DNA of 64,000 bases, taken from positions 41,032 to 105,031 of the forward strand of contig JAKCBQ010000001.1 of assembly GCA_021839245.1 (NCBI GenBank), given 5' to 3'. Below, piece by piece: positions 39,331 to 49,817 of this stretch. Numbering within the stretch: position 1 is the first letter of the stretch; each line of letters starts with the position of its first letter. A program made the position numbers and the translations under genes. A model generated the notes under the pieces. That model saw nothing but the letters and a program-made list of their open reading frames with translations. It was not told where the DNA came from and searched no databases. The stretch comes from Pseudomonadota bacterium. Its GTDB lineage: Bacteria; Pseudomonadota; Gammaproteobacteria; JAKAQQ01.

Positions 39331-42300
39331 TCAATGAAGAACCATAGGCGATACATGAGGAATCTGTAAGTGATAGTTCCGATACGGTTCGCGATGGTAG
39401 CGAGGAATGGGATGTTCACGAAGCATGCGCAATGCGAGATGGACGGCTTCGACAAGCTGGGGGTCGATTCCTTTGCGCACAAGCGCGGGATTGTTCCAGA
39501 TTTTGACCGTGGGCGCAATCCCATGATCCTCGACGGGGAAATGCCCGTTCAGGCCCTCAATTGCTTCACGAGGTGCGGTGACTCGCCCTCCGTCCATGAG
39601 CGGTGGGTACCCCCAAATTCCAACCAGCCCACCCCATGTTCTCGTGCCCACCAAGGGCCCAAGGTGCGCCATTTTGAAAAACCACGGTAGCGCATCGCCT
39701 CCGGATCCCGAGTAGCGGTTGATGATCATGACCTTGGGGCCCTGCATGACCTGTGACGGTTCAACGTACGTTCGTCCGTAGCGGTTGACATGCAGAGCCA
39801 TCGGCTTGCGCTGCAGATACTGAATGACGTAGTCGGCGAGATCGCCCCCCGTGTTGAAACGTTCGTCGATGATCACTCCTTCCTTGTTGACCTGCGAGAA
39901 AAAATACCGATTGAAATAACGCAGTCCTGCACTATAAGTGTTGGGAAGATATACGTAACCCAACCGCCCATGGCTCATGCGATTCACCACACGAATATTG
40001 TGATCGACCCACGCCGCGAGATTGAGTGGGGCTTCATTGCTGATCGCGTGCACCACCAGATTGCGTGCTCCAGACCCGTTGGCGTTTTTGGCAACCGTCA
40101 GGAGAATATCTTTGTCGGCTAAACCTTCAAACGCCGCGTATATGCTTTTGCTCGCTCGAATCTGATGTCCGTTCACCGCGAGCACGTAATCGCCTCTGTG
40201 GATGTTCAAGCCGGGTTGAGCCAGTGGGGCGTAGAGAGACGGGTTCCACTCCCCTCCCCTCAAAATTCTGGTGATTTGATAACGTCCATGCTTGATTCGG
40301 TAACGAGCACCGAGAAGCCCGACGCCGACGTGGAGTGTATGCGGCTCCATCCCTCCACGGACAAACATATGTCCCACAGCGAGATAACTGAGCATCTCTC
40401 TGAAGAGAATGTTGAGTCCGTGGCGGCTCCCGACCCCAGGGAGATAGCGTTCAAAAATCTTGGCGACGCGGTCGATTGGCGTTCCGTCGAAGATAGGACT
40501 GTAGAAGTATGTATGCTCCATACGCCAAACGTCTTGATACATTTCCGACCAAGCCAATTGAGGTACCACTCGAACAATCATGTTCTCTGTGGGGATTGGG
40601 CGCCGAGTGAATTTGCCGATCGTCGAGTCGACATACCATTTGTGACCGACGGCGACAAGCATTCTCTTTCCGTCTCTTGCAATATGGAAAACGCGTGCCT
40701 GCGTAACCAGCGCGGTCTCTTTGCGTTTGGTGAGATTGTAACGAAGCACGGAAAAAGTGGGGAGACTGCTCAGCGGAGGGATCGGGGCGGCGCGAAGCAG
40801 GATCAGGCGGTCTCCCGGCAAGGATTCCAGTCCAACGTAATTAGCCGCTGGTACCGGGAGCGCCACCAGCCGGTCCCTTAGGTGGTCCAGGTCGATCCGT
40901 GGCTCTACGATGTTTTGTGGTTTCTTTGTGTCAACTGCGTTTTTGCTTCCCAGCCCAGGAAATTGCACGCGTGCTGGTATGGGCGATGGGGTTCTTCGCC
41001 CCAGAGCCAGAGCGTATACGCTGCGGCGGATTCTGTGGTCGAGACCGGTCATGTCCAGCGTTGTGGCAGAGAGACCCAAGTCAGTGCTTTCGGTGAAATA
41101 CAAATAACGCCCGTGAGGTGAGAAAACAGGATCACGACAATCGCTTGAACCGTGGGTGACCATGTGGTTTGTGTGTCGCCTCACAGAAAACAAAACAATC
41201 GCGTGGCGAAAGTTCGGCTCAAGCCTTGTGTAGACAATCCACCGGCCGTTAGGTGACCAACGAGCATCGAAATGCTGTGCGGTCGAATCGTAGATGTCGG
41301 TGGCAATGAGGCGTGGGTGCGAATTGCGTTTTTTGAGATTGATTTCGTAGAGATGCAAACGCACGTCCGCGTACAAGAGTCCGTTGCCGCTTGGCGACCA
41401 GCGGAGATGCCTGTAAAAATCGTATCGCGAACCCAGCGAGAAGGCCCGAACCGGACCAATGCCGTCGGCTTTACGTACATACAGGGCGTAAGCACCAGAT
41501 TGATCTGAGAAATACGCGATTCTCGACCCATGTGGTGACCAGGCCGGATCGCGAACCATCTCTCCCGCATCATGAGTCAGTGTCACCATTCCCTTGTGCC
41601 GGACGGACAGTTCGAGCAGTTTGCCGTAGGCCGTGAAGGCCACCCAATCACCGCGTGGGTCGATGGCTGAATTCTGGAGATAAGGTTGTGCCTTGACAAA
41701 GCGTGGACGGAGATCGGGAATGTTGCCCTCGAGCCGGATGGGAATTGTCCGCACACGTTGCGTGTGTAGATTGTAGAGCTCAATCCGGCCAAACCTGTCG
41801 AGGACGATAGCACCGGGTCCGCTTGCTGCGGAAAGCATGTCGAAATGGTGACGCGAAACCGGTAGTCTTTCCCGGAGGCGATGATTACGTACGTTGTAGG
41901 AGTACAGGGTAAATTGCCCGGCGGCATTGGAAAGGAAAAAGATATGGTTTCCTATCCAAAGGGGATCACGGTCTTCGGCAGGTCCGTGGGGTATACGCAC
42001 AAGAATGCGTGAAGTCCCCAGTTGTGCAATGCGGATCGTGGTCTTTTGACCGCCTTCGTAATGCTGCCAGAAGCGCTCCCACTGAAGTTCGGGAACGTAT
42101 GCGATTTCGTGATTGTGAGGAGAAAATGATCCTGCCTGGCCGGTGGGCAAAGGGAGCGGACGTGCGAATCCGCCTCGCCGAGAAACCAGAAAGAGGCGGG
42201 GAATGTAGTGTGGCCCATAACGATCGGAGCGAAACAAAACATCCCGACTGTTCGTTGTCCAACCTACGGCAATGTTGGGCGACGGATAATAGGTCAACCG

Positions 42301-42609
42301 ATGGACGTCCGCACCGTCGGCACGTGCGACGTAGACATCCGTGTTGCCCTGGTATGTTGCGGTAAAAGCAATGTACCGGCCGTTCGGGGAATAAAGCGGC
42401 CGCCTCAAATTGCCGTGCCCTGTGATCAGTGGATGAGCCACACCGCCCTGCCGCGGAACGACCCAGATCAGTCCACCGTAAGCAAAAGCTATACTCGTCG
42501 CAGAGAGCGTCGGGTCTAGGAATAGCTTAGGGAGAGCTTTCCCATATCCGATACTGAGGGAAATTGCCAGGGCCACAGGCAGGAAGAGGTTTAGAGCAAA
42601 GCGTTTCAT
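39331..42609 (-). CDS. tricorn-protease-like peptidase (S41B family) with signal peptide
   Basis: 1092 aa: a signal peptide, then long beta-propeller regions (repeated Y/W-rich blades). The C-terminal part carries a PDZ-like segment and an S41 catalytic region (INRYSGSGGDALPWFFK; GTRTWGG). Confidence 0.7.
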   Translation of the reverse strand: MKRFALNLFLPVALAISLSIGYGKALPKLFLDPTLSATSIAFAYGGLIWVVPRQGGVAHPLITGHGNLRRPLYSPNGRYIAFTATYQGNTDVYVARADGADVHRLTYYPSPNIAVGWTTNSRDVLFRSDRYGPHYIPRLFLVSRRGGFARPLPLPTGQAGSFSPHNHEIAYVPELQWERFWQHYEGGQKTTIRIAQLGTSRILVRIPHGPAEDRDPLWIGNHIFFLSNAAGQFTLYSYNVRNHRLRERLPVSRHHFDMLSAASGPGAIVLDRFGRIELYNLHTQRVRTIPIRLEGNIPDLRPRFVKAQPYLQNSAIDPRGDWVAFTAYGKLLELSVRHKGMVTLTHDAGEMVRDPAWSPHGSRIAYFSDQSGAYALYVRKADGIGPVRAFSLGSRYDFYRHLRWSPSGNGLLYADVRLHLYEINLKKRNSHPRLIATDIYDSTAQHFDARWSPNGRWIVYTRLEPNFRHAIVLFSVRRHTNHMVTHGSSDCRDPVFSPHGRYLYFTESTDLGLSATTLDMTGLDHRIRRSVYALALGRRTPSPIPARVQFPGLGSKNAVDTKKPQNIVEPRIDLDHLRDRLVALPVPAANYVGLESLPGDRLILLRAAPIPPLSSLPTFSVLRYNLTKRKETALVTQARVFHIARDGKRMLVAVGHKWYVDSTIGKFTRRPIPTENMIVRVVPQLAWSEMYQDVWRMEHTYFYSPIFDGTPIDRVAKIFERYLPGVGSRHGLNILFREMLSYLAVGHMFVRGGMEPHTLHVGVGLLGARYRIKHGRYQITRILRGGEWNPSLYAPLAQPGLNIHRGDYVLAVNGHQIRASKSIYAAFEGLADKDILLTVAKNANGSGARNLVVHAISNEAPLNLAAWVDHNIRVVNRMSHGRLGYVYLPNTYSAGLRYFNRYFFSQVNKEGVIIDERFNTGGDLADYVIQYLQRKPMALHVNRYGRTYVEPSQVMQGPKVMIINRYSGSGGDALPWFFKMAHLGPLVGTRTWGGLVGIWGYPPLMDGGRVTAPREAIEGLNGHFPVEDHGIAPTVKIWNNPALVRKGIDPQLVEAVHLALRMLREHPIPRYHREPYRNYHLQIPHVSPMVLH

Positions 42610-42743
42610 GGCCTTCGATTCTCCCGAGACAGCGAAGCTCAGCCCATCCTACACGAAATATTGACTCTCGGGTCAACCAAAAACGGGCTTGGTGCGTTAG
42701 ACTTCACGTGTGCAACCCTTGGTTCCTATAGAGGGTTTCCCCC

Positions 42744-43340
42744 GTGCACCTGCGCCTTTATCTTCGCCCTCAACAATTCCTTCTTGCCGCTCTCTCTGTG
42801 CTTGCGGTGATGGCGCTCCCAGCGCACGCTTACATCATAAGAACGAAAATTCTTCAACACGCTCACTTCTCGAGCTACAAGGATTTTTATCTCATCAAGC
42901 AAGGAGCTTCTCCTCGTCTTCTCAGACTGGTTGCCCATGACTACGAGACCCTCTCATATACGAGAGTTTCCGATCCTGACCAGGCTCAGTTCTTTCTCAG
43001 AGTCAGTGTTCGTCGAAAGGTCATCAGACTGCGCGTTCCCGTCCCGTACCCCACCTACGGATACGGCTATGGCTACGCCCCTTTTGGGGGGCCGGGATGG
43101 GGACCGTTCCCGTTCTGCTGCGTCTATGGGCCCGCGTGGGGATGGGGCGTTTACGGCTATCCCGCTTACGGTCCAGCGTACCGATGGATCAGAAGAAGAG
43201 TGAGGATCATCGCAATTACGGCCGTCAGCCGCCGTGACAATGTCCCGGTATGGAGAGGGACGGCCATCACGCGTATTCGCAGCCGAACCGCCCTGTGGGC
43301 CATCGTATGGCACTTGGTGAACACCTTCCCGATCCTTTGA
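42744..43340 (+). CDS. DUF4136-family secreted protein with Tyr/Gly-rich insert
   Basis: Signal peptide (ALPAHA). The C-terminal IIAITAVSRRDNVPVWRGTA motif matches the DUF4136 signature ...LVIDLVDA..LVWRGTA. Insert YGYGYGYAPFGGPGWGPFPF...YGYPAYGPAYRW. Confidence 0.5.
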   Translation: MHLRLYLRPQQFLLAALSVLAVMALPAHAYIIRTKILQHAHFSSYKDFYLIKQGASPRLLRLVAHDYETLSYTRVSDPDQAQFFLRVSVRRKVIRLRVPVPYPTYGYGYGYAPFGGPGWGPFPFCCVYGPAWGWGVYGYPAYGPAYRWIRRRVRIIAITAVSRRDNVPVWRGTAITRIRSRTALWAIVWHLVNTFPIL

Positions 43341-43451
43341 TCGCCTCCGCCGAGTCGTCTGCAGCCGGATACCTCCGTCGCTTACGCGTGTGAGAGCATC
43401 ACTCAACGCCAACTAGTCTTATCATTTAGGGAATCGTCGCGTCTGGCGTAC

Positions 43452-44354
43452 TTGCCTATGAAAACTCTTTGTGCTCTCCGTTTCGCTGCCGCGACCGTGC
43501 TGCTGGCCTTTCTGGCATCTTGCAGTCACCCACGATACACAGTTCCGCTACACCTCGTGATGGGGATGGGTCCCAAAATCGTGGATGTGACCACAGGAAC
43601 ACACGGTCGGGTGCAAATGACGGTTCTTGGTCGTCTACCGCATTCACTGAATGTCGATGTTCTCAGCCGCGTCAGTCCGACAAAACTCCTTGTCAGCACT
43701 TATCCGAAGCATGAAATCTTTCTCTTCGATACGACTGATCATCGTTTCCGACTTGTGCATCAAGGGTGGAACGCCGTCTATTTCCCTGCGCTCAAAGCCT
43801 TCGTATTTCTGAACAGCTCAAAAGGGGAATTCATGGCGCAAGAGCTCTGGATCGCCCCGCTTACAGACCCTAAAGCTGCCAAACGTTTGGACCGTGGGCC
43901 CTTTCCCATCCCGATGCCGGTTGTCCCGATCGCGCCTAATGCTTTTGTCTACAGCAGTTGGCGGAAAACCGGCAAACAAAGGCTGTGGCTGTACAACCTG
44001 ACTTTCGGAACATATATCCCGCTGCACATCTCCGGTGTTTACCCTGAGCTTTGGCTTGCGCAAAGTCATCTTCTCCTTTGCGTAAACCTTGCCAAGCTCG
44101 ACCACCCCTACACTTTACGGTCTCTCAACGGTCAAATTGTCTCTCACCTCTCTCTGGGCAATTGGTACACTCCCGCGCTCGCCCTCCCCCATCGCCATGT
44201 CGTCCTCGTCGGGCGGCAGGCGCAGGCCATGTCATCGCCGTTTGCCGGCGACACGCTCATGGCTTACGGTCTCAAGAGCAAACGCTTACGTGTCGTTCTC
44301 CCGCATACTTTCGTTGGACTTGGAACGATTGTGAAATCGGTAGGGAGTGGGTAA
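43452..44354 (+). CDS. hypothetical lipoprotein
   Basis: Lipobox LAFLASCS after a positively charged n-region. No recognised domain. Confidence 0.45.
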   Translation: MPMKTLCALRFAAATVLLAFLASCSHPRYTVPLHLVMGMGPKIVDVTTGTHGRVQMTVLGRLPHSLNVDVLSRVSPTKLLVSTYPKHEIFLFDTTDHRFRLVHQGWNAVYFPALKAFVFLNSSKGEFMAQELWIAPLTDPKAAKRLDRGPFPIPMPVVPIAPNAFVYSSWRKTGKQRLWLYNLTFGTYIPLHISGVYPELWLAQSHLLLCVNLAKLDHPYTLRSLNGQIVSHLSLGNWYTPALALPHRHVVLVGRQAQAMSSPFAGDTLMAYGLKSKRLRVVLPHTFVGLGTIVKSVGSG

Positions 44355-44903
44355 TTGCAAAGCTTCATTTTCTATGCTCGCCGCTTGGGAGCGCTACTTT
44401 ACGATGGGCTTCTTCTTGTGGCGTTCTGGCTTCTTGCCACGTTTTGCCTCGTTCTCGCCAAAGGGCACGGAATCGTTGCGCCCGCAACCGGAACGATCGC
44501 CAAAACTCCGTACTGGTTTTTTCTGCTTCTGATCGCTTGGGCTTTTTTTTCTTGGTTCTGGTCCCACGGAGGTCAGACACTTGGTATGAGGGCCTGGAAG
44601 CTTCAACTTCGCCCCACGGTGCAGTCCGATGGCAACCTGGAGAAACATCCCTCGAGCGTGAGCTGGAGTCGTGCAAGCCGACGCTATGTAATTACGCTTG
44701 CCGTTTGGATTGTTGGAGCGGCGATGGTCATCACTCCGGCATGGGATCTCACGGCAAACATACACCTCCCTTTTGCAACACGAGTCACAGTTCTACTTTG
44801 CACGTGGGTGGCTGTCTCATTTTTTCTGTCCTTGGTGCCGATGTGGCATGGCAAGACCGTTATTGATGCCCTATCTGGCACAAGTATTGTCGCTGTTGTC
44901 TAA
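44355..44903 (+). CDS. RDD family membrane protein
   Basis: YARRLGALLYDGLLL N-terminal RDD signature and ...GQTLGMRAWKL. Three TM helices. The TTG start is the one given by the ORF track. Confidence 0.6.
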   Translation: MQSFIFYARRLGALLYDGLLLVAFWLLATFCLVLAKGHGIVAPATGTIAKTPYWFFLLLIAWAFFSWFWSHGGQTLGMRAWKLQLRPTVQSDGNLEKHPSSVSWSRASRRYVITLAVWIVGAAMVITPAWDLTANIHLPFATRVTVLLCTWVAVSFFLSLVPMWHGKTVIDALSGTSIVAVV

Positions 44904-45112
44904 CCGATTGAGAACCATTCCGTGAATCCAAGAAACTAAGGAGCTAAACAGCTCTCAAGCCCACCAACCCTACCCCTTGGGTCGCGATACCCCGGAGCGA
45001 ATCGTCGGAACAATATAGGCAAGAAAAATTCTGAAGCCGATCTTGCTCTGATGCGGTGACACTATACGAAGGTCATTATTTGACCTGTGTCGATACCTGG
45101 GTGTTGGTGATT

Positions 45113-45760
45113 TTACCGACTGCCCATCTTGAGAAGCATTTCGTATTGGTGCTGTATGGCGTTCAAGAGAGCAGCCACCGATCCGTGATGCAGGAATGCC
45201 TGATATTCTGCGCGCCTGATCGCCATGTCGCTTACGCCGTCAGCCACGATGTTCACAATCAGCCAGCGGTTACCGCTGTGATGCAAAACATAATCAAACT
45301 GATGTTTGTGACCGTGGCCTGGGGTAAAAAATGTTGTGTAGACGTAAGCGTTATTCCCCCTGACGAGACTACGATCGATCTTGATTTCCTGCCCGCCGTA
45401 CCCGTTGAAATTGTACGCATAGGTCACAGCCACAAGGCGTGAAAAGAGATGCATGAACCGTGTTTGTTGAGTCGGCGTGAAACTGTTCCAGTAGTGACCA
45501 AGCACAAGCCGGGAGATGAACGGCAGCCCAAACGAACTGCGCACGGCGGTTCTCATGATGGCACAGCGCTTGAGCATCCCCGCGCTTTTCCCCGCTTTCA
45601 TCGTGGCCAAGAGCGATTGGTCAAAACGACTGACAACCTTAGCCGGTGTCTTATTCGTTGTGGCCACAACGTTGGCGCGAGAAATTTGAAGGAGAGTAAA
45701 GGCTAGGGCAAGAAACAGAAAGGCATTCAGAACATATTTGCGGTGACCGATCTTGGGCAT
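45113..45760 (-). CDS. MlaC/Ttg2D-family lipid-binding periplasmic protein (HpnM-like by context)
   Basis: 215 aa with signal peptide and the MlaC-fold family pattern. It is divergent from the hpnN-like RND gene, and the HpnM assignment rests on that context. Confidence 0.6.
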   Translation of the reverse strand: MPKIGHRKYVLNAFLFLALAFTLLQISRANVVATTNKTPAKVVSRFDQSLLATMKAGKSAGMLKRCAIMRTAVRSSFGLPFISRLVLGHYWNSFTPTQQTRFMHLFSRLVAVTYAYNFNGYGGQEIKIDRSLVRGNNAYVYTTFFTPGHGHKHQFDYVLHHSGNRWLIVNIVADGVSDMAIRRAEYQAFLHHGSVAALLNAIQHQYEMLLKMGSR

Positions 45761-45906
45761 GGTTACTCCACCTGCGGAGGAGCAGGTTTGGCTATGTGAG
45801 TAAGCGGTAGGTCATTTGTGAGGGTCGTGTGATGGATTATAGCTGGATCGCAGTTGCGTTGATATGAAGAATCTGGACCACCTTCCATAACCATTGGTGT
45901 AACAAA

Positions 45907-45937
45907 TTGTTATAGCCATAAAACATTCGCCTATAAT
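45907..45937 (+). promoter_or_regulatory. candidate sigma70-type promoter (TTGTTA, 19-nt spacer, TATAAT) upstream of the hpnN-like gene
   Basis: Read from the sequence in the AT-rich divergent intergenic region. The spacer is 2 nt longer than optimal. Confidence 0.3.
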
Positions 45938-46061
45938 ATTCAGCGGGTCACAATTCAGACTGAAGTCACGGTTGGGGATGTGCACGCAAAGATATTACTC
46001 ACCGTTACATCTCTGTTTGAGTCTTATCTCTTGCAGGCACACCCTGGCTTGATGTGACGCG

Positions 46062-48740
46062 ATGACCACAGCGAACACACCGAAAGAATCGGGGCGGTGG
46101 ACTCGCCGGATGCTCGTGGGAACCGTCATGTTCTCACGTCGTCACGCGTGGTCGATTACGGCACTGGCCACGGTCGCGGCTCTCGCCAGTCTCATTTTTA
46201 TCATCTCGAACTTCAAAATTGATACCAGCGTATCCCGCCTTCTCTTCCGAAGGGGCGACTTCACGCACGTCAACAAAGAACTTGTTCATGATTTCCCCTC
46301 CCTCGGGCGGCGGATCATCGTTGAGGTACACAGCGACGATGCATCGACGACAGCGCAGGCTACCCGTGACATTGTCCAGATCCTCAAACTCCATCCTCAT
46401 TCCTATCCATTCGTTTACGCCCCGACTTCCGAGCCCCTATTTAGGCGAGATGGTCTTTTGTACCTTTCGACCCCTCGTCTTCGACAGGTTTTGACACGCC
46501 TCACGAAGGCGGAACCCCTCCTGGGATCTCTGCAAGCTCACCCTAACGTACGGGGCTACGCGCATCTTCTTGGGGAGATTATCCGCAACCTCCGAGAGCT
46601 TCCCACCCAAGAAAGACATATGGTTGCCTCAATTATTGATAAGGCGACCTTCGCAATGAATCGGAAGGAACGGAGTTCACCCGGCGCACGGACTCCCCTG
46701 GATTTTGAGAGCACACTTCTTGGATCGTCATCACGGTTTGCGCAAGCGCATACGAGAACAAGTGTCGTCATCGTCTCTCTACCACGCACCGACAACACCA
46801 GCGACCGAATGCATGAAGCCGTTTCTCGCCTGAAATCCCTTCTTCACAATGACGCCCAACTTTTGCGCACGCGTGCACACTGGGCGTACACGGGTTCTGT
46901 CATTCTCAGTCTTGACCAGCTACGGGCGGTGACAAGCGGGACGGATCTGGCAACGCTGCTTTCCATAGTCTTAAGTATCGTGATCTTGATCATAGGGCTA
47001 CGCAGCATCAGACTTCTCCTGCCGATTTTGATCTGTTTGCTGATCGGCCTGATCGTGACGGCGGCGTTTGCCCTCATGGCTCTTGGACCCCTTAACCTGA
47101 TCACTGTAGCGTTTGGCGTCCTCTTTATTGGACTAGGAGTCGACTTTAGCATCCAGTTCTGTATTCGTCTGCAGGAAGAACTTTCCAAGCAAGCCAACGC
47201 CGAGATGGCGTTTAGCGCCACCGCCTACCGGATCGGCTTTGCGCTTTTTCTGGCCGCTCTCGCAGCCGCCAGCTGTTTCTATGCCGTTATCCCCTCCGGA
47301 TATAGCGGCATTCGCGATCTCGGCATCATCGCGGGCACCGGTGCACTCATTGCGCTTGTCTTAAACCTTACTCTACTGCCCGCTCTTTTGACAGTGTTCC
47401 GTGCGGGCCGCATCACAATTGCTCGCCCCCCTGTTCCGTTCGCCAAACTGCCGGTTAAAAAACTCGCACGCCCCATTTTTCTGTTCTCGCTCGTCATGCT
47501 GGCCATCTCGGTCGTCGTCATCCCGCGGCTCGAGTTCGATTTTGACCTAGCGCATCTCGAAAATCACAATACCTCTGCCTACCGTGTTCTTCATCAACTG
47601 GAACGCAAACTGTCTTTCTCTCCGTACACCCTCGAAGCGGTAGCACCCAATCTGGCACGGGCGAACCGCTGGGCGGTCACGCTCCGTCACCTCACATCTG
47701 TCGGTCGTGTCCTGACGCTCAGCAGTTATATTCCTGAGCATCAGAAAACAAAGATGGCGATGATATCGAATGCCGCGTTGCTTTATCCACCGCCGTTTGC
47801 TTCATCCCCTCGGGCCTCATTGGCTCGCGATCCACAACGAGACTGCCGTGTTTTGCGAAGCTTGGGTCGCGAGGCCCATCAACAAAGTCGAACTGCGCCT
47901 CTCTCGATGCGGGAGGTGCTCGTCCGCTTTGCGAATGCCACAAACTCGGCTTTCGGAAGCCGCTGTGCTCTCCCGGCATTGGAATCTTTAAATCGGCACG
48001 CAGTTCGGCCGTTACTTGAACTGAGCCGTGAAGTGGCCCGTCTGCTTAATCCGGTGCCCGTCACAATCCGTTCGCTTCCGGCAACGATCCGTGAGGATTA
48101 TCTCGCCTCCAACGGAAAGGCTCGTGTCGAAATCTTTTCGCGACTCGATCTTCACAAATCCCGAAATCTTCAGAAGTTTGTCTCTCAAGTCACACGAGTC
48201 ATCCCTGATGTCGGTGGAACGCCTGTTCTGTTTGTTCGTGGGGGAAAAATCGTTACATCAGCTTTTCGCGAAGCCAGCCTTCTGGCTTTTCTTTTCATCA
48301 TCATCGTTGTCAGCGTTGTTCTACGAAGCTTACGCGATCTTTCTCTCACCATTGTTCCTCTTGCTCTCAGTGTCAGCTTGACACTGACCACGCTGTCTCT
48401 CCTAGGGATACAGTTCAACATCGCCAACATCATCGTGATACCTCTCTCCATCGGGTTGAGCGTGGCTTTCGGTATCTACATGATTCTGCGCTGGAAAAAC
48501 AATCACTACGATATTCGGCAGGTGCTACGCTCCAGTGTCCCGGAAGGAATTCTTGTTAGCGGCATGACGACGCTCCTTGTGTTTGGAACGCTGGTTTTGA
48601 CACCGAGTCCGGGCCTTTTTAGCCTGGGCATCACACTGGTGGTCGCGCTTTTCTGGACACTCGTCAGTAGCCTTATCATCCTTCCGTCAATGCTTTATTT
48701 GGTCGAAGCCTCGATCCACCATCGGGGAACACAAACATGA
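46062..48740 (+). CDS. hpnN: hopanoid-associated RND (MMPL-type) transporter HpnN-like
   Basis: 892 aa with 12 TM helices arranged as two 6-TM bundles and two large periplasmic loops. Length and architecture match HpnN. MlaC-like and HpnL-like genes are adjacent. Confidence 0.65.
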   Translation: MTTANTPKESGRWTRRMLVGTVMFSRRHAWSITALATVAALASLIFIISNFKIDTSVSRLLFRRGDFTHVNKELVHDFPSLGRRIIVEVHSDDASTTAQATRDIVQILKLHPHSYPFVYAPTSEPLFRRDGLLYLSTPRLRQVLTRLTKAEPLLGSLQAHPNVRGYAHLLGEIIRNLRELPTQERHMVASIIDKATFAMNRKERSSPGARTPLDFESTLLGSSSRFAQAHTRTSVVIVSLPRTDNTSDRMHEAVSRLKSLLHNDAQLLRTRAHWAYTGSVILSLDQLRAVTSGTDLATLLSIVLSIVILIIGLRSIRLLLPILICLLIGLIVTAAFALMALGPLNLITVAFGVLFIGLGVDFSIQFCIRLQEELSKQANAEMAFSATAYRIGFALFLAALAAASCFYAVIPSGYSGIRDLGIIAGTGALIALVLNLTLLPALLTVFRAGRITIARPPVPFAKLPVKKLARPIFLFSLVMLAISVVVIPRLEFDFDLAHLENHNTSAYRVLHQLERKLSFSPYTLEAVAPNLARANRWAVTLRHLTSVGRVLTLSSYIPEHQKTKMAMISNAALLYPPPFASSPRASLARDPQRDCRVLRSLGREAHQQSRTAPLSMREVLVRFANATNSAFGSRCALPALESLNRHAVRPLLELSREVARLLNPVPVTIRSLPATIREDYLASNGKARVEIFSRLDLHKSRNLQKFVSQVTRVIPDVGGTPVLFVRGGKIVTSAFREASLLAFLFIIIVVSVVLRSLRDLSLTIVPLALSVSLTLTTLSLLGIQFNIANIIVIPLSIGLSVAFGIYMILRWKNNHYDIRQVLRSSVPEGILVSGMTTLLVFGTLVLTPSPGLFSLGITLVVALFWTLVSSLIILPSMLYLVEASIHHRGTQT

Positions 48741-49813
48741 ACGGGGCGTCTCGCTCACAAAAAACGACGAGCATCCGTTCACGTTTCGGCCTTTTGATTC
48801 AGGTTCTGGGCGTTGCGGGCGGCTTTGCACTTACGGGTTTTTTGATTACTCGTATCCATATCACCGCACTTGAGTACGCCCTCTCCGAGATTGGATACGG
48901 CATCGTTTTTCTCGTCTTACTGCATCTCGTCTCGATCCTCTTGGATTCTCAGGGTTGGTACATTGCACTTCACAGGCTACGCGCGCGGCTCGGAAGAGGC
49001 CTTGTGGCCAGTGCTGCGTGCCGACGTAATGCGGTACAAACCCTCGTGCCGCTAGGAGCCAGCGGCTTTGTCTCCGGCTATCGTACGTTGCGCCACCATC
49101 ATGTTCAGCCTCATACCGCTCTCTCGAGCCTCATTTTTGAGACTACGATCACGACAGCCGGAGAGCTTTTCCTGTTGCTTACATCGGCCGTGATGGTTTT
49201 CAGGGGTGCGTCTCCGACGGGACGCTCCACCTTCCTTGATTACGCTCCCATTGCCGGGTTCCTTGCCGCCGTTCTGGCCGCTGCACTTGTCCTCCAGCTT
49301 CGCGGGAAGGTCTTCGATACTCTTGGCCGTGGCTTAGACAAATTGGGTCCGAGCACCCGCCGCTCGTCCTGGAGCCGTTTCCCTCTGCGTGTCAAACATG
49401 GGCTCTGGCGTCTTTACCGGTCACCGGCCGCTTGGGGCTGGGGCTTTCTTTGGCAGTTGGCCAGTCTTCTTACCGGCGCCGGCGCTGTCTGGCTGGCTTT
49501 CTTCCTGATTCACGCGCAGGTCTCGTTCATGGTTGCGCTCTTCTTTTTGTGTCTCGCACGAGCGTTACGTTCCTTTGGGTTTTTGATCCCTTCAGCCTGG
49601 GGTCTTCAGGAAGGACTCTTTATCCTGCTCGCCCCTTTGGCGGCTGTCTCGCCCACTGCGGGTCTGACGGTGTCGCTCATCCTTCGCGTTCGTGATTTTT
49701 TCTTTGCTTTTGCGACCGTTGCGGTCGGACGCTTCGCTTGGGGTTGGCATTCCGAGAAAAACTCCCCCCCACCGCTGCCGGAGGTCGCCCGGGGCTCCCT
49801 GGTGGACGATTGA
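48737..49813 (+). CDS. hpnL: HpnL-like integral membrane protein (UPF0104 / lysyl-PG-synthase TM-region family)
   Basis: Polytopic membrane protein of UPF0104 type. Its start overlaps the hpnN stop (ATGA). Confidence 0.5.
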   Translation: MNGASRSQKTTSIRSRFGLLIQVLGVAGGFALTGFLITRIHITALEYALSEIGYGIVFLVLLHLVSILLDSQGWYIALHRLRARLGRGLVASAACRRNAVQTLVPLGASGFVSGYRTLRHHHVQPHTALSSLIFETTITTAGELFLLLTSAVMVFRGASPTGRSTFLDYAPIAGFLAAVLAAALVLQLRGKVFDTLGRGLDKLGPSTRRSSWSRFPLRVKHGLWRLYRSPAAWGWGFLWQLASLLTGAGAVWLAFFLIHAQVSFMVALFFLCLARALRSFGFLIPSAWGLQEGLFILLAPLAAVSPTAGLTVSLILRVRDFFFAFATVAVGRFAWGWHSEKNSPPPLPEVARGSLVDD

Positions 49814-49817
49814 TCTC

